Part shown: piece by piece, positions 21,659-31,908 of the stretch
Layout of the letters: every line of letters starts with the position of its first letter
Numbering within the stretch: the stretch's first letter is position 1
IMG/VR virus record: IMGVR_UViG_3300013307_000019
Direction: 5' to 3' (one strand)
From: an uncultured virus (IMG/VR IMGVR_UViG_3300013307_000019)
Lineage: Duplodnaviria; Heunggongvirae; Uroviricota; Caudoviricetes
Length of the DNA: 64,000 nt
Notes under the pieces: model-generated
Told to the model about the DNA's origin: nothing
Seen by the model: the letters and a program-made list of their open reading frames with translations, nothing else
The model's database searches: none
Program-made: the position numbers and the translations under genes

Positions 21659-22449
21659 ACTACTTCGGCCACGAGAGGAACGTGAGGGCGGTCAGAGCGC
21701 ATCTGCCCTCCGTTCTCCTCTTCCTGGGTCCGGAGTCGGTGGGAAAGTGGACACTGGCAGAGTTGATCCGCTGGGAGTGGAAGTTCAAGAACGCTGACGT
21801 TTTGCGCATCAAACGTCTGACTCAGGAGAATGCCCGTTTCATAGCCTCATGGGCCGCAGGACGCCCACAGGGCTGGGCGAAGCTTGTCATCGTACATCTT
21901 GACAAGAAAGCCACGAAAGGCGCTCAGAACGCCCTCCTTAAGACGCTGGAAGAAGCACCTAACGTCATCTTCATCCTGGTAGCTGAGGAAATGCCTCTGG
22001 AAACCATCAGGTCTCGTGCGGTGCTGTACCCCTTCGGTCTCCTCACCGAGGAGAATGTTGCTGACATTCTCAAGTACAAGAAGAATTTCGGGGACGCCAG
22101 GGCTGAGGAGCTTGCCAAGCTCTCCAAGGGTCAAGTCAAGCGTGCACTCAACCACGCTCGCACGCAGGAGAGCAAGATGGTTGTCCTTCGCGCCCTGGAT
22201 GCTGTGAACCGGAAGGATGCTCATGCTCTGGAAGACCTGACCAACTGGTGGCAGGAGGAGCACACAGACCTCTTGATTCAGTGGTGCTACGAGCATCTGA
22301 CCAAGAAGTGGAAAACTTTTGACAGCGGTGAGGTAGGCATTCAGGGGACCAAGGTTCCTCTTCGCATCCTCATGTCCGTCAAGGAAGATTTGAGGCCGCG
22401 CTTGGTCATCCGGAGCGCGCTGGCCTCAGTACTTCAGGAGCAGAAATGA
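21655..22449 (+). CDS. DNA polymerase III delta-prime-like clamp loader subunit
   Basis: LFLGPESVGK, AQNALLKTLEE, FIL, TIRSRA: HolB/DnaX-family signatures. Confidence 0.8.
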   Translation: MNYFGHERNVRAVRAHLPSVLLFLGPESVGKWTLAELIRWEWKFKNADVLRIKRLTQENARFIASWAAGRPQGWAKLVIVHLDKKATKGAQNALLKTLEEAPNVIFILVAEEMPLETIRSRAVLYPFGLLTEENVADILKYKKNFGDARAEELAKLSKGQVKRALNHARTQESKMVVLRALDAVNRKDAHALEDLTNWWQEEHTDLLIQWCYEHLTKKWKTFDSGEVGIQGTKVPLRILMSVKEDLRPRLVIRSALASVLQEQK

Positions 22450-22664
22450 CTACCGACGACGAAGACCTTATTCCAGACCACGAGTACGAGATTATCGCTA
22501 CCTTCCGCTCGCAGTTTAGCGGGTGGTGCGGCCTGGTAGACGTACACAAGATTCGTAAGGGAGACCTTGTGGCTAAACTTCAGCGTGCGGACAACCCCAT
22601 GGTTTCTGTGCCGGGAGTGGCGTGCAAGACCTGCATGTTGGACATTCCTAGGGCAAGAACATGA
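22446..22664 (+). CDS. hypothetical protein
   Basis: ATGA overlap; Cys/His pattern. Confidence 0.55.
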   Translation: MTTDDEDLIPDHEYEIIATFRSQFSGWCGLVDVHKIRKGDLVAKLQRADNPMVSVPGVACKTCMLDIPRART

Positions 22665-22739
22665 TTCTGATTCCCCTCCTCTTGCTGGCGATATGGATTG
22701 CCCTAGCAATTGACGAATGGATTGACGGGCTGTGAGCAC

Positions 22740-23003
22740 ATGATTGAAGAAAAGAAAGTTACGACCTACACCGCTGTGTGCGACACGTGCGGAAAAATCA
22801 TGGGAAGGCGCTACCGCAAAACTCTCGCGGAAGCAGACCTCCACAATCACAGGCATCTATGCGGTAAGCACTATCAGCAGTACGACAATACCGGTGGCTA
22901 CCGCGGCATCCTGGGCGGCTGGAATGTCTACTGTGCCTGTGGAGAGCATTGGGTGACAGACAACCCCAGTGAGCCATTCAAGTGCCCTAAGGACCCGAAT
23001 TGA
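22740..23003 (+). CDS. Cys/His-rich hypothetical protein
   Basis: CDTCG, CACG motifs; start uncertain (22710 or 22740). Confidence 0.55.
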   Translation: MIEEKKVTTYTAVCDTCGKIMGRRYRKTLAEADLHNHRHLCGKHYQQYDNTGGYRGILGGWNVYCACGEHWVTDNPSEPFKCPKDPN

Positions 23004-23977
23004 GTACTTGGAGTCAGTGGTGGCTATCGTTTCGTAAGAGCGGTACGCCCCGGCAGATTACCTGGGTGTGTGGTCCCGAACCGATTCTTGTTGACGAGGT
23101 TGTGGACCTCATCAAGGGTTCGCTTACGGTAGACCCTATCAACCTGGTCTACTTGGACGCCAAGGAAGAATCTGAGCGAACCATCTGGAACGAGCTTCGC
23201 CAGCTTCCTTTCGGCAACAACAAGATTCGGCTGACCATTGTTCGCGGTGCCGAGAAGCTGAAGCAGTCAGATTGGTTCATCCAGTACATCAAGGACCGCG
23301 GTTCTCTTCCTCGTAACTACGTGGTGTTCGTGTCTTCGGAGACCATTCTTCGCAAGGGTGAGGATGAGCAGAGCCGCTTGCTCTGGCTTCCTCTTGAGTA
23401 TCTGAAGACTCGCGGGGCGGTAGTGGAGTGTAAGGCGTTCACCAACAACACGGCCAAGCACGCAGTTTCCTGGGTCAAGGAGAAGCTGGACATCCGAGGA
23501 CGGGTAGCCGAATTTCTTCTTAATCGCGCCACGGGGGACCTCCGTCTGGTTCGTGACACCATGGGCAAGATGGCGCAGTTCGAGGGAGAAGTGACCCTCA
23601 GGCACATCAGCGAAATGTTTGACGAGCGTCCCGACGATTCCTTCCTGGGTGCACTGTTCGCTTTGGACCGTCGCACAGCCATGAAGGCCCTCAAGGAGCT
23701 TCCTACCTCTGAGTACGCCAAGACTCTGGGTCTGGTGGACGCCCGCCTTGAACTGGCAGGAATGGTTCACGACATGCTGGTGCAGAAGAAGACTCCCGGA
23801 GACATCGCTAAGGCCGCAGGGAACAAAGGCTTCCTGGTCCCTGAAATGCTCCCAGTTGCCAAGCACTACGACAAGAACCGTCGTCAGCGCATCCGCAACT
23901 ACCTGGCTACAGTGGACACTTACTCAGAGTATGGAGTCCCGGACGGTGCTTTGGAAGCATTGGTAGTGCTGTGGTGA
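23000..23977 (+). CDS. DNA polymerase III delta-like clamp loader subunit
   Basis: W.CGPE..LV.E, LPFG...RLTIV..AEKL, GDL..V...M.K: HolA-like pattern; next to the delta-prime-like gene. Confidence 0.65.
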   Translation: MSTWSQWWLSFRKSGTPRQITWVCGPEPILVDEVVDLIKGSLTVDPINLVYLDAKEESERTIWNELRQLPFGNNKIRLTIVRGAEKLKQSDWFIQYIKDRGSLPRNYVVFVSSETILRKGEDEQSRLLWLPLEYLKTRGAVVECKAFTNNTAKHAVSWVKEKLDIRGRVAEFLLNRATGDLRLVRDTMGKMAQFEGEVTLRHISEMFDERPDDSFLGALFALDRRTAMKALKELPTSEYAKTLGLVDARLELAGMVHDMLVQKKTPGDIAKAAGNKGFLVPEMLPVAKHYDKNRRQRIRNYLATVDTYSEYGVPDGALEALVVLW

Positions 23978-23995
23978 GAGGCGTATAGATAAGTT

Positions 23996-24163
23996 ATGGA
24001 CTGGCTCTTCTTCTGGACACTGGTGTGGCAGATACTCATTGTTGTAGGAATCGGTCTGGTTGCGGGCACTGTGGTCCGCATCTGGTTCATCATCATCTTC
24101 GGTACAAATCGACAGGACTCAAACTCGTATGGTATCTACTTCGGAGCTAGCTCAGACGACTAA
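23996..24163 (+). CDS. small membrane protein (55 aa, leaderless)
   Basis: ATG 8 nt after GAGGCGTATA; hydrophobic. Confidence 0.5.
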   Translation: MDWLFFWTLVWQILIVVGIGLVAGTVVRIWFIIIFGTNRQDSNSYGIYFGASSDD

Positions 24164-26660
24164 GGACTACGGCCTACTCCGTGACGTAGATGAAATCAAG
24201 ACGTACGTCGGGGGAGTCATGCGCCGAGGCCAGCCATTCGGATTCGACATCGAGTCCGGGTACGACGGTGAAGACACCGACGACCTAGCCAAGTGGGCAT
24301 TCCACCCGCGCTGGAAGATCGTTGGCTTCTCCTTCACGGATTCCCTAGAGTGGGCACGCTACATCCCCCTAGGTCACGATGATGAGGAGAATGCTGACCC
24401 GCTCGTGGTCGCACGTGTTCTGTGGAAGCTTCTGAACACCGGTAACGGTGTGGCTCACAACTCCATGTTCGAGCTTCAGGGCTTGGCCAGGTTCTTCCGT
24501 GACCAACTGTGGAACGACGAAATCCTGGGAGCCGAGGTCAGGGCTTCCAACGGGTACTACCCGGTGCTATCGGACACGCTCATTGAGGCGTTCATGTCCA
24601 ACAAGTTCGAGCCGCGCGAAATGGGCCGAGGAGTCGGTAACGGTCTGAAGGCCATCACAAAAGAAGAATTTGGCCACGAGCAGATGGAGCTTGTGGAACT
24701 CATTCGCTCGCATGGCATCAAGCTTCCCAAGATCAAGGCTCTTCGATTCAACCCGCTCCCCCTGGACGATGAGACCATTGCGTACGCCTGTGAGGATGCC
24801 CTGTGGTGTCTCGCGCACCATTTCGTGAACTACCCACCCATCAAAGACTCCCTGGTGTTCCGCACTGAAATGGCTCTACAGCCGGTGCTCTGCCAGATGG
24901 AGTACGAGGGCATCGTTCTGGATTGGAAGAAGTTTGAGGACGTAGAAGCGATCCTTGCGGACTTCAAGGACCGGATGAACGAGGATATCCAAGAGGAGTT
25001 CTCGCGCCGCCTGAATCGGCTCATGTCTATCAACTTCGGTTCTCCTAAGCAGGTTGCCGCGGTTCTCTATGCAGAGGAGCCAGAGGGTCTAGGCCTGCCA
25101 GTCAAGTACCGTTCGGACAAGACCGGAGCACCTTCTACGTCAGAGAAAGCTCTGCGTGCCCTAGCCAAGCAGGACAAGACCATCAAGAGAATTCTTGAGT
25201 GGCGAGAGCTAGGAGCGTTGCTGTCCCGGTACATCACCAAGTACCTCAAGGAACTGCACTACGACGAGCGCGGGCACCCAAACCACAAGCAGACCGGAAC
25301 GAACACAGGAAGATTTTCTGTAGACCACGTTTCGTATCAGCAGTGGCCAAAGCCGTACGACTACACGTTGGACAACGGTGACACGTTCAAGCTGAACTAC
25401 CGAGAGTTCCTTCTCGCGCCTGAGGATTCCCGCATCATCGGGTTCGACTTCTCGCAGGTTGAGCTTCGCGTGCTGGCCGGTGTGTCTAACGAGACCGTCA
25501 TGCTGGATGCCTTCAGAAACGGCATTGACATTCACAGGGCTACCGCCGCCGCCATGTTCAACATCCCGCTTGAGGATGTCACAAAGGACTTGCGAGCCAA
25601 GGGTAAGACCGGAAACTTCGCCGTGGTCTACCAGTCCGGGGCGGGTAACATGGCTGAGCTTATGGGCACAACCCGCAAAGAAGCCACCGAAATGCTTCAG
25701 GCCTACTACGACGGGTTCCCGAACCTCCGGTCCTGGATGGACGCACAGATTCGTGAGGGCCAGCAGACAGGCTACGTGACGAACATCTTCGGAAGAAGAT
25801 TCCGCATCTGGGAGTACGAGGATGCCCGCAAGAAGATGGCTATGGCCGCAAGGGAGAAGGACCCTACGAAGGCCGAGAAGCTGAAGAAGCTCGCTGAGTA
25901 CATTTCTTCCAAGGGTGACCGCATGTGCATCAACGCCCCCATTCAGGGCGGCGCGGCAGACTACATGAAGGTCGGTATGGTTCGGGTGAGCAAGGCCATC
26001 AAGCGTGCCGAGGAAGAGGGCATCATCCCCGTGGGTGGTATCCGCCTAGTCATGACCATTCACGACGCCCTTGAGTTCTACGTGCACAAGGACGTAGCGA
26101 CTCAGACTGTCATCGACCTTATCAACCCGGCTGTATCTTACGAGGTTCCCGGTCTTCCTGAGATTCGCGCAGACTGGCACGAGGGCCGCACCTGGGGTTC
26201 GGTTGTCGAGATTGAAACCGACGCAGACAAGCAAATCACCGGATACAGCTTCGAGGACGAGTCAGGCAACAAGCATCACTTCGATAACATCGATGACGCC
26301 TACTACCGCTACGACAACCCTCTCACACCTGAAGAGGCACCGGCTGTCAAGGAGGCACCGCCCATGTTTGAGGAAGAAGAATTTGATCCCGACTCCATCG
26401 ACTGGGAAGAAGAACTCCCCTCGCAGGAGGACTTGCCGAAGGTGGTCATCGAACTGGGTGGTCTCCCCGACGCCGAGCAATGGGCTAGTGTTAAGGACTA
26501 CTTGAGCCTGCACGATTGGGAAGCAGGCCGAGAAGTGTGGGTAAAGGTGCAAGGAGCTTCCAAGCAACTTCCCCACCACATCAAGGGAACCTCTACGCAG
26601 TTGGAGGATTTGAGGTTCCTGATTCCCGCATCGAATATCCAATTGACACACTCCATTTAG
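24129..26660 (+). CDS. polA: DNA polymerase, family A, with 3'-5' exonuclease
   Basis: FDIE/HN..F/YACED exonuclease motifs; TGRFS, DFSQVELR, R.K.K..NFAVVY, NAPIQGGAAD, IHDAL polymerase motifs. Confidence 0.95.
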   Translation: MVSTSELAQTTKDYGLLRDVDEIKTYVGGVMRRGQPFGFDIESGYDGEDTDDLAKWAFHPRWKIVGFSFTDSLEWARYIPLGHDDEENADPLVVARVLWKLLNTGNGVAHNSMFELQGLARFFRDQLWNDEILGAEVRASNGYYPVLSDTLIEAFMSNKFEPREMGRGVGNGLKAITKEEFGHEQMELVELIRSHGIKLPKIKALRFNPLPLDDETIAYACEDALWCLAHHFVNYPPIKDSLVFRTEMALQPVLCQMEYEGIVLDWKKFEDVEAILADFKDRMNEDIQEEFSRRLNRLMSINFGSPKQVAAVLYAEEPEGLGLPVKYRSDKTGAPSTSEKALRALAKQDKTIKRILEWRELGALLSRYITKYLKELHYDERGHPNHKQTGTNTGRFSVDHVSYQQWPKPYDYTLDNGDTFKLNYREFLLAPEDSRIIGFDFSQVELRVLAGVSNETVMLDAFRNGIDIHRATAAAMFNIPLEDVTKDLRAKGKTGNFAVVYQSGAGNMAELMGTTRKEATEMLQAYYDGFPNLRSWMDAQIREGQQTGYVTNIFGRRFRIWEYEDARKKMAMAAREKDPTKAEKLKKLAEYISSKGDRMCINAPIQGGAADYMKVGMVRVSKAIKRAEEEGIIPVGGIRLVMTIHDALEFYVHKDVATQTVIDLINPAVSYEVPGLPEIRADWHEGRTWGSVVEIETDADKQITGYSFEDESGNKHHFDNIDDAYYRYDNPLTPEEAPAVKEAPPMFEEEEFDPDSIDWEEELPSQEDLPKVVIELGGLPDAEQWASVKDYLSLHDWEAGREVWVKVQGASKQLPHHIKGTSTQLEDLRFLIPASNIQLTHSI

Positions 26661-26677
26661 AGGCGTATAGGAATAGT

Positions 26678-26989
26678 ATGAACGTTCGACTAGGTTGGTC
26701 CGGGGACATCCACGGCACGTGGACGAAAATGGACGTTGAGGTAGACGAGAATGACCTCAGCAACCATTTCGCGGACGCGGGTGTTCCGGATGGTGCCACC
26801 TTGAGGTATTCTCCTTTGGAGAAGTTCAAGTTGATGTACTCCATTGCGGAGACATTCGTGCAATTGCACAAGATGAGCAGGTTTCCTGACTATTTCGGCC
26901 AAGAAAAAGACAAGCAGGAACTTGCCAACCTCATTGCCTCACGCGACAAGCTGACCAAAGATATCGTGAATAGAGCAGTCAGTGTTTGA
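26678..26989 (+). CDS. hypothetical protein (leaderless)
   Basis: ATG 8 nt after GAGGCGTATA. Confidence 0.6.
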   Translation: MNVRLGWSGDIHGTWTKMDVEVDENDLSNHFADAGVPDGATLRYSPLEKFKLMYSIAETFVQLHKMSRFPDYFGQEKDKQELANLIASRDKLTKDIVNRAVSV

Positions 26990-27131
26990 TTTCGAAGAAA
27001 TGAAGACCTATCTGCGTGGTCAGATTCAGAACGCTCTCAGCATTCCGGACGATGCGTCAGTAGTTCACGCCGCGGACAAGCTGGGCAAGATTCTTTTCAT
27101 TGAGAAGCTGATGGAGGAACGCCGTGGCTGA
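26982..27131 (+). CDS. small hypothetical protein (49 aa)
   Basis: Fills gap and overlaps both neighbours. Confidence 0.45.
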   Translation: MFDFEEMKTYLRGQIQNALSIPDDASVVHAADKLGKILFIEKLMEERRG

Positions 27132-27633
27132 TGTAGAAAATGAGCTACTAGCGTGGGCAAGTGAGGCTCTAGAGCTACGGCACGGCGAGGCTGACGACCC
27201 TCAGGGGAAGGTGTCTCTACCAGAGTTTGAACTGGGTCAGCCCGCCGCCGTAGACATGCTAGCCAGGGTACGTGTCCGCCTAGACCGTGTAGAAGAATTG
27301 CAGTCTAAGGCACGCAGAGCTAAGGGCCGTGTCATGCGTATGCGTGAGGAGGCAGACTTCGAGGCCTCTCTCAAGTATGACGAGGAAATGGCCAACGGCA
27401 AGAATCGTTGGAGAGAGTACGTCACCGCAGATGAGAAGCGTGCAGACGCAATGCTGGCCTCTCTCAGCGAGAAGCGCCAGGCTCACCAACTAAAGCGTCT
27501 GGAATCCGTAGCAACAGAAACCCTAGATGTCATTGGTCAGTGCTATTGGGGACTGGGGAAACTCCGTGAGGACATCCTTCAGATTCTCCGCTTGCACAAC
27601 AACTTCCTGACCACGGAAGAGACCCTGACTTAG
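27124..27633 (+). CDS. helical protein, possible UvsY-like recombination mediator
   Basis: All-helical, YVTAD motif; lies before SSB/resolvase/RecA. Confidence 0.4.
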   Translation: MADVENELLAWASEALELRHGEADDPQGKVSLPEFELGQPAAVDMLARVRVRLDRVEELQSKARRAKGRVMRMREEADFEASLKYDEEMANGKNRWREYVTADEKRADAMLASLSEKRQAHQLKRLESVATETLDVIGQCYWGLGKLREDILQILRLHNNFLTTEETLT

Positions 27634-27713
27634 GGGCCACAAGCCCCTGAAATCTACTAGGCTTGAGTATGAGCCGAGTAGCGCTCCCAGTCAAAACAAA
27701 CAGGAAAAAGAAA

Positions 27714-28676
27714 ATGCCTAGAGTAGAATTCAGTGAAGAGAACGTTAGCAAGAACGATTACAACTACCCCAAGTTCAAGCTAGAAAAGAAGGGTGAGAAG
27801 GCCCGAGTTGCCATTCTCGAATCCCCTTATGCGGAGTATGTTCACAACATCCGCAAGCCAAAGCTAGTCGGTGGAGTTCCCCAGAAGGAATGGAAGACCA
27901 CTAAGTCTGGCGAAAAGTACGAAGACTACGTATACGAGTTCGTTTCCCGCCCAATCTGCCTGGGAGACTATGGAACTCTTCAGTCTGACGGTTCGGACCC
28001 CGACCACTGCCCCGTGTGCGCAGAGGCCAAGCGTTCCGACAAGTTCTTCGGTCCTCAGCGTCGTTTCGCTCTTCACCTGGTGAAGTACGACACTGTGCCA
28101 GGAACCACCACGGTCAAGGAGCCATTCAGTGCTCAGACTCTCATCTACAGCTTCACTAACAAGGTCTACGACGAGCTTTTCGCTCTCAAGGGACAGGGCT
28201 TCGACCTTGTGAACCACGACCTCATCTTCACGTCTGAGAATCCGATGTTCCACGGATACGGAATCCAGCCGTCCATGGAGGCCGAGTGGCAGAAGAGCGA
28301 CGAGCGCAAGAAGTACATCAAGGCGCTCATGAGCAAGGAGAACCTTGCACCTGACCTCGCAATCTTCTGCGGTTCCAAGAAGAGTGAGAAGCAGTTGGAG
28401 TACGACATCCGCGCCGTCAACGAGGCGTGGGAGATTGCTACCGGTGTGGTCAGCGCTTCCGCTCACGACCAGGCTCTCTCCTCTGTAGGTGGGTCGCTGG
28501 ACCTCTCCGCGGGACTGGCTGACATCCTGGGTGACACCACTCCGAACACGGATTCGGACGGTTGGCACAAGGAGCCTGAGGCCGCGACCTCTTTCGAGGC
28601 GCTGGGTATCGGCTCTGACAAGCCAGCCACCGGTGACTCCGCAGACGACATTGAAGCAATGCTTCGGAATCTGTGA
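27714..28676 (+). CDS. single-stranded DNA-binding protein (T4 gp32-like)
   Basis: H...C......CPVC Zn site, acidic C-terminal tail (ADDIEAMLRNL). Confidence 0.7.
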   Translation: MPRVEFSEENVSKNDYNYPKFKLEKKGEKARVAILESPYAEYVHNIRKPKLVGGVPQKEWKTTKSGEKYEDYVYEFVSRPICLGDYGTLQSDGSDPDHCPVCAEAKRSDKFFGPQRRFALHLVKYDTVPGTTTVKEPFSAQTLIYSFTNKVYDELFALKGQGFDLVNHDLIFTSENPMFHGYGIQPSMEAEWQKSDERKKYIKALMSKENLAPDLAIFCGSKKSEKQLEYDIRAVNEAWEIATGVVSASAHDQALSSVGGSLDLSAGLADILGDTTPNTDSDGWHKEPEAATSFEALGIGSDKPATGDSADDIEAMLRNL

Positions 28677-29269
28677 GTATCTACTTCCTAACAGTTGACC
28701 TGGCCAGCAAGTTCTCAGCCGCGTGCTTGACGAACGAAGCTGGCCAGGTTGTCTGGCAGGGCGACTCCATGGGAAAGTCCGCTTCCGAGTGGGTGGACAC
28801 CCTAACCTCCGTAGCTGACCGAATCTCTCAGAGCTTCGAGCTTCTAATTCTTGTTGAGGATGTGCCCTACGGTATCTCCTCGCAGGCGATGACCAAGCCG
28901 GTTCTCCGTCTACAGGGCATGCTCATCCACGCTATGAGCGGCATCCCCTTCTACTTCATCAACCCGAGCACGTGGCAGAAGCGTTTCGACGGGGTAGGAC
29001 GCGCACCCAAGGGCATGAGCAAGACCGATGGAGCCAAGTACCGCATTGCCAAGGCCGCTGAGTGGGCCAAGGAGTACGGCTACGAGCCGCCGAATCTTGT
29101 TCAGAAGTGGCAGGACGAGAATCCTGACCTCAAGCCTCTGAAGAAGTACACCGCTCCACTAGAGAAGAACATGACGGACTACGTAGATGCGTACCTCATG
29201 AACATCTGGCTACAGGAGCACAGAGAAGACTTCACAACTCTTACCGGGGTTCAAGCCCCGATGATTTAA
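28673..29269 (+). CDS. RuvC-like Holliday junction resolvase
   Basis: TVDLA, ILVED, INPSTWQ, DYVDA acidic RNase H-fold motifs. Confidence 0.7.
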   Translation: MSIYFLTVDLASKFSAACLTNEAGQVVWQGDSMGKSASEWVDTLTSVADRISQSFELLILVEDVPYGISSQAMTKPVLRLQGMLIHAMSGIPFYFINPSTWQKRFDGVGRAPKGMSKTDGAKYRIAKAAEWAKEYGYEPPNLVQKWQDENPDLKPLKKYTAPLEKNMTDYVDAYLMNIWLQEHREDFTTLTGVQAPMI

Positions 29270-29278
29270 GGACGTGCC

Positions 29279-30508
29279 ATGAGCGCAGATTTCGCCGCCG
29301 CACTAGCCCAAGTTCAGAAGAAGTACAAGACCGGCGTGGGGCCAATCAGCAAGATTGCGCAGGAAGCAACCTTCATCACGACCGGCAACCTAGCCATTGA
29401 CTTCATCGTTGGTGGAGGATTCCCGCTGGGCAGACAGGTTGAGCTTGCGGGGCCACCATCGTCTGGAAAGACTTCGGTAGCGCTTCAGTGTGCCGCGGAG
29501 TTGCAGAGGATCATCCTTTCCGGTGGCGATGCGAGCAAGGGTATCAAGGCAGACGACAAGATTCTGTATATGGATTATGAGCAGACCATCGACCAGGATT
29601 ACTGCAAGAGTCTTGGCTTGGATATCGATGATGACAGCTTCCTTCTGTGCCAGCCCGACACTCTTGAGGATGGAGCCAACCTGGCTATCAACCTCATTGA
29701 GACCGGGTACATTCGCATGGTCATCTGGGACTCTGTAGCGTCCATGATGCCCTCTGCCAAGGCGCAGGCAGAGATTGGGAAGAGCCTTCCCGCTGTTCAG
29801 GCCAAGCTCATGAGCGATCTTGGTCAGAGGCTCAATCCTCTGCTATATCAGCACAACACCCTGAACATCTGGGTCAACCACCTTAAGGAAATGCTGGACA
29901 TGACGGGCCGCAGGCCCGCTCACCTAGGACCGAAGATGGGCACGCCCGGTGGCGTGGCGCTGAAGTTCTACGCCTCTGTGCGAATCGAGTTCAAGCAGAT
30001 CGGCAATATCAAAGAGAAGATTATTGACCCGCTGACCGGCCTGGAAGTAGAGATTCCCGGAGCCACCAACGTTCTCGTGAAGGTCACGAAGAACAAGGTA
30101 GCACCGCCGTTCAAGCAGGCCGAGGTACGTGTCCGGTTCGGGCGCGGGTTCGACAACTTCTGGACAGCCGTGCAGGTTCTCATTGCCAGCAAGGAAATCA
30201 TGTACTCGCAGGGGTACTACTACTTCCACAAGGTGGAGGAAGCAGGCCTTGCCCCAGAGTGGATGCCGCGTGCGCAAACTGGACAGCAGAGGGCCAACCT
30301 CCGTACGGACCCGATTCTTCTCAAGGCCGCAGACGAGCACCCTGAGTGGAGGCGCGAGGTCATCGACTACGCCGCCAAGTTCATGCGGGAGAATATGTCT
30401 ATCCGTGCAGTCTCCCCGCAGGAGCAGGAAGAGCTTGAGGCTCACGAAGCCGAAATCCGAGAAATCCTGCCCGTGCCGGAAGATGACGAGCACCGCTTGA
30501 CTTTCTAG
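29279..30508 (+). CDS. recA: RecA-like recombinase
   Basis: TG...D...GGGFP.GR..E..GPPSSGKT, DSVA, PGG.ALKFYASVR, KNKVAPPFK. Confidence 0.95.
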   Translation: MSADFAAALAQVQKKYKTGVGPISKIAQEATFITTGNLAIDFIVGGGFPLGRQVELAGPPSSGKTSVALQCAAELQRIILSGGDASKGIKADDKILYMDYEQTIDQDYCKSLGLDIDDDSFLLCQPDTLEDGANLAINLIETGYIRMVIWDSVASMMPSAKAQAEIGKSLPAVQAKLMSDLGQRLNPLLYQHNTLNIWVNHLKEMLDMTGRRPAHLGPKMGTPGGVALKFYASVRIEFKQIGNIKEKIIDPLTGLEVEIPGATNVLVKVTKNKVAPPFKQAEVRVRFGRGFDNFWTAVQVLIASKEIMYSQGYYYFHKVEEAGLAPEWMPRAQTGQQRANLRTDPILLKAADEHPEWRREVIDYAAKFMRENMSIRAVSPQEQEELEAHEAEIREILPVPEDDEHRLTF

Positions 30509-30591
30509 TTTTTGAGGCGTATAAGTTGTAGTGGGTCGGTCTCTTTCTTGAAGGGTCGGAGACCGACCCGCCTACTAATTAAGGAGCCTGC

Positions 30592-31752
30592 ATGGTTGCT
30601 TTCGACATCATGAAGAGCAAGTTGCTCACGCTGGACGATGTTTCTGACCGCATCGGTAAGACAGAACCGCTGGGACAGGCTTACGTATCCAACGAGGACA
30701 AGATTACCTTCGCCTTCGAGCCTACCTGGTGGCTGGGCATTGACGAGAAGGACGGCACCGAGTTGGTGGATGCCGTTATCAGCGTCAACAACAGCGACTA
30801 CCAGTTGACCAAGGACGCCGCGCTTCAGGCCGGTTCTGTCTTCGGTTACCCCGGCAAGCTGGCCAAGGACACCCCATCTACGCTCTTGGAGCAGAACCTC
30901 AACTACTGGTGGGGACCGGGCATGGGTGATAGTGACTTCAACATGCTCACGACCGGCAAGGATCAGTCAGTGGCGGCATTTACCCGTCCCACCATCCAGC
31001 CATTCTCCAACAATCTTCTGTTGGAGGAGGTAGTGAACGGTATCCACGAGCGCTACGGAAACGTACCTGTGTTCGCAGATTACAAGTTCAACCACTCGCT
31101 GATTAGAACAGACATTCGACTCATCGTGCCGGAAATCCTGCGTCACATCAGCAACGGAGGCATGAATGATGTGCCTCACGGCCAGCAGGACGAGTGGAGT
31201 GGTGGCATCCATCTGACGAATTCGCTCATCGGCAAGAGTCAGACCAAGTTGGAGACCTATCTCTTCCGCTGGTGGTGCACCAATGGGTGCACGACGACTC
31301 TGCGTGACGTAGGCGTGTACAGCCGCCGTGGGGACCATGACCCCAACGACGTGTACGAGTGGGCCGCGAACGCCGTAGATGACGTTCTGGGAGGCTTGGA
31401 GAGCCAGTTCGACCTCATCCAAGCACTGACCGAGCTTCAGCTTGGAGCCAACACGGGTGATGTGGTGGCAGAAATCTTTGACACCTTCCGGATGCCGAAG
31501 AGCCAGCGCCTTCCCGTTGCCGAGGCTTTGCAGGAGGCCGACACGCTGAGCATGTATACGCTCATGAACGCCATCACGCAGACGGCGAACAACCCGGACC
31601 TCTCCGGAGACCGCGTTGACGCTCTGTTGCGCATCGGTGGAGCAATCCCCGGAGCCACGTTCAACGGCATCAAGAAGAAGATTTGGGCAGAGGGCCACAC
31701 GGCCAGCCCGGATGCGCCGAACCCATACGACGTGTCCACAATCGTCCAGTAA
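30592..31752 (+). CDS. DUF932-like protein
   Basis: LTNS..G...LFRWWCTNG motif. Confidence 0.6.
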   Translation: MVAFDIMKSKLLTLDDVSDRIGKTEPLGQAYVSNEDKITFAFEPTWWLGIDEKDGTELVDAVISVNNSDYQLTKDAALQAGSVFGYPGKLAKDTPSTLLEQNLNYWWGPGMGDSDFNMLTTGKDQSVAAFTRPTIQPFSNNLLLEEVVNGIHERYGNVPVFADYKFNHSLIRTDIRLIVPEILRHISNGGMNDVPHGQQDEWSGGIHLTNSLIGKSQTKLETYLFRWWCTNGCTTTLRDVGVYSRRGDHDPNDVYEWAANAVDDVLGGLESQFDLIQALTELQLGANTGDVVAEIFDTFRMPKSQRLPVAEALQEADTLSMYTLMNAITQTANNPDLSGDRVDALLRIGGAIPGATFNGIKKKIWAEGHTASPDAPNPYDVSTIVQ

Positions 31753-31774
31753 GGTCCCGAGCCACTGGACAACG

Positions 31775-31822
31775 AGGACCCTCCCAAAGGCCATGGAGCC
31801 GGGAGGGTCCTCAAACTTTTTC
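31775..31822 (+). terminator. intrinsic terminator
   Basis: GAGGACCCTCCC / GGGAGGGTCCTC 12-bp stem followed by AAACTTTTT. Confidence 0.75.
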
Positions 31823-31908
31823 TAGGGAAAAGTTGACACTCTCAAGGTTTGACCGTATAACTGAGTTAAAGCTGTACCAACTAATCGAAAACCCCTAGGA
31901 GATATCCC

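Noticed and set aside
27631..27700. Twister ribozyme (GGGGCCACAAGCCCC hairpin)
   Set aside because: Only the P4-like hairpin is present; the other helices and pseudoknots could not be built
15510..30508. Inteins or introns in DnaB, polymerase or RecA
   Set aside because: Lengths are ordinary, motifs are contiguous and no splice-junction signatures were seen
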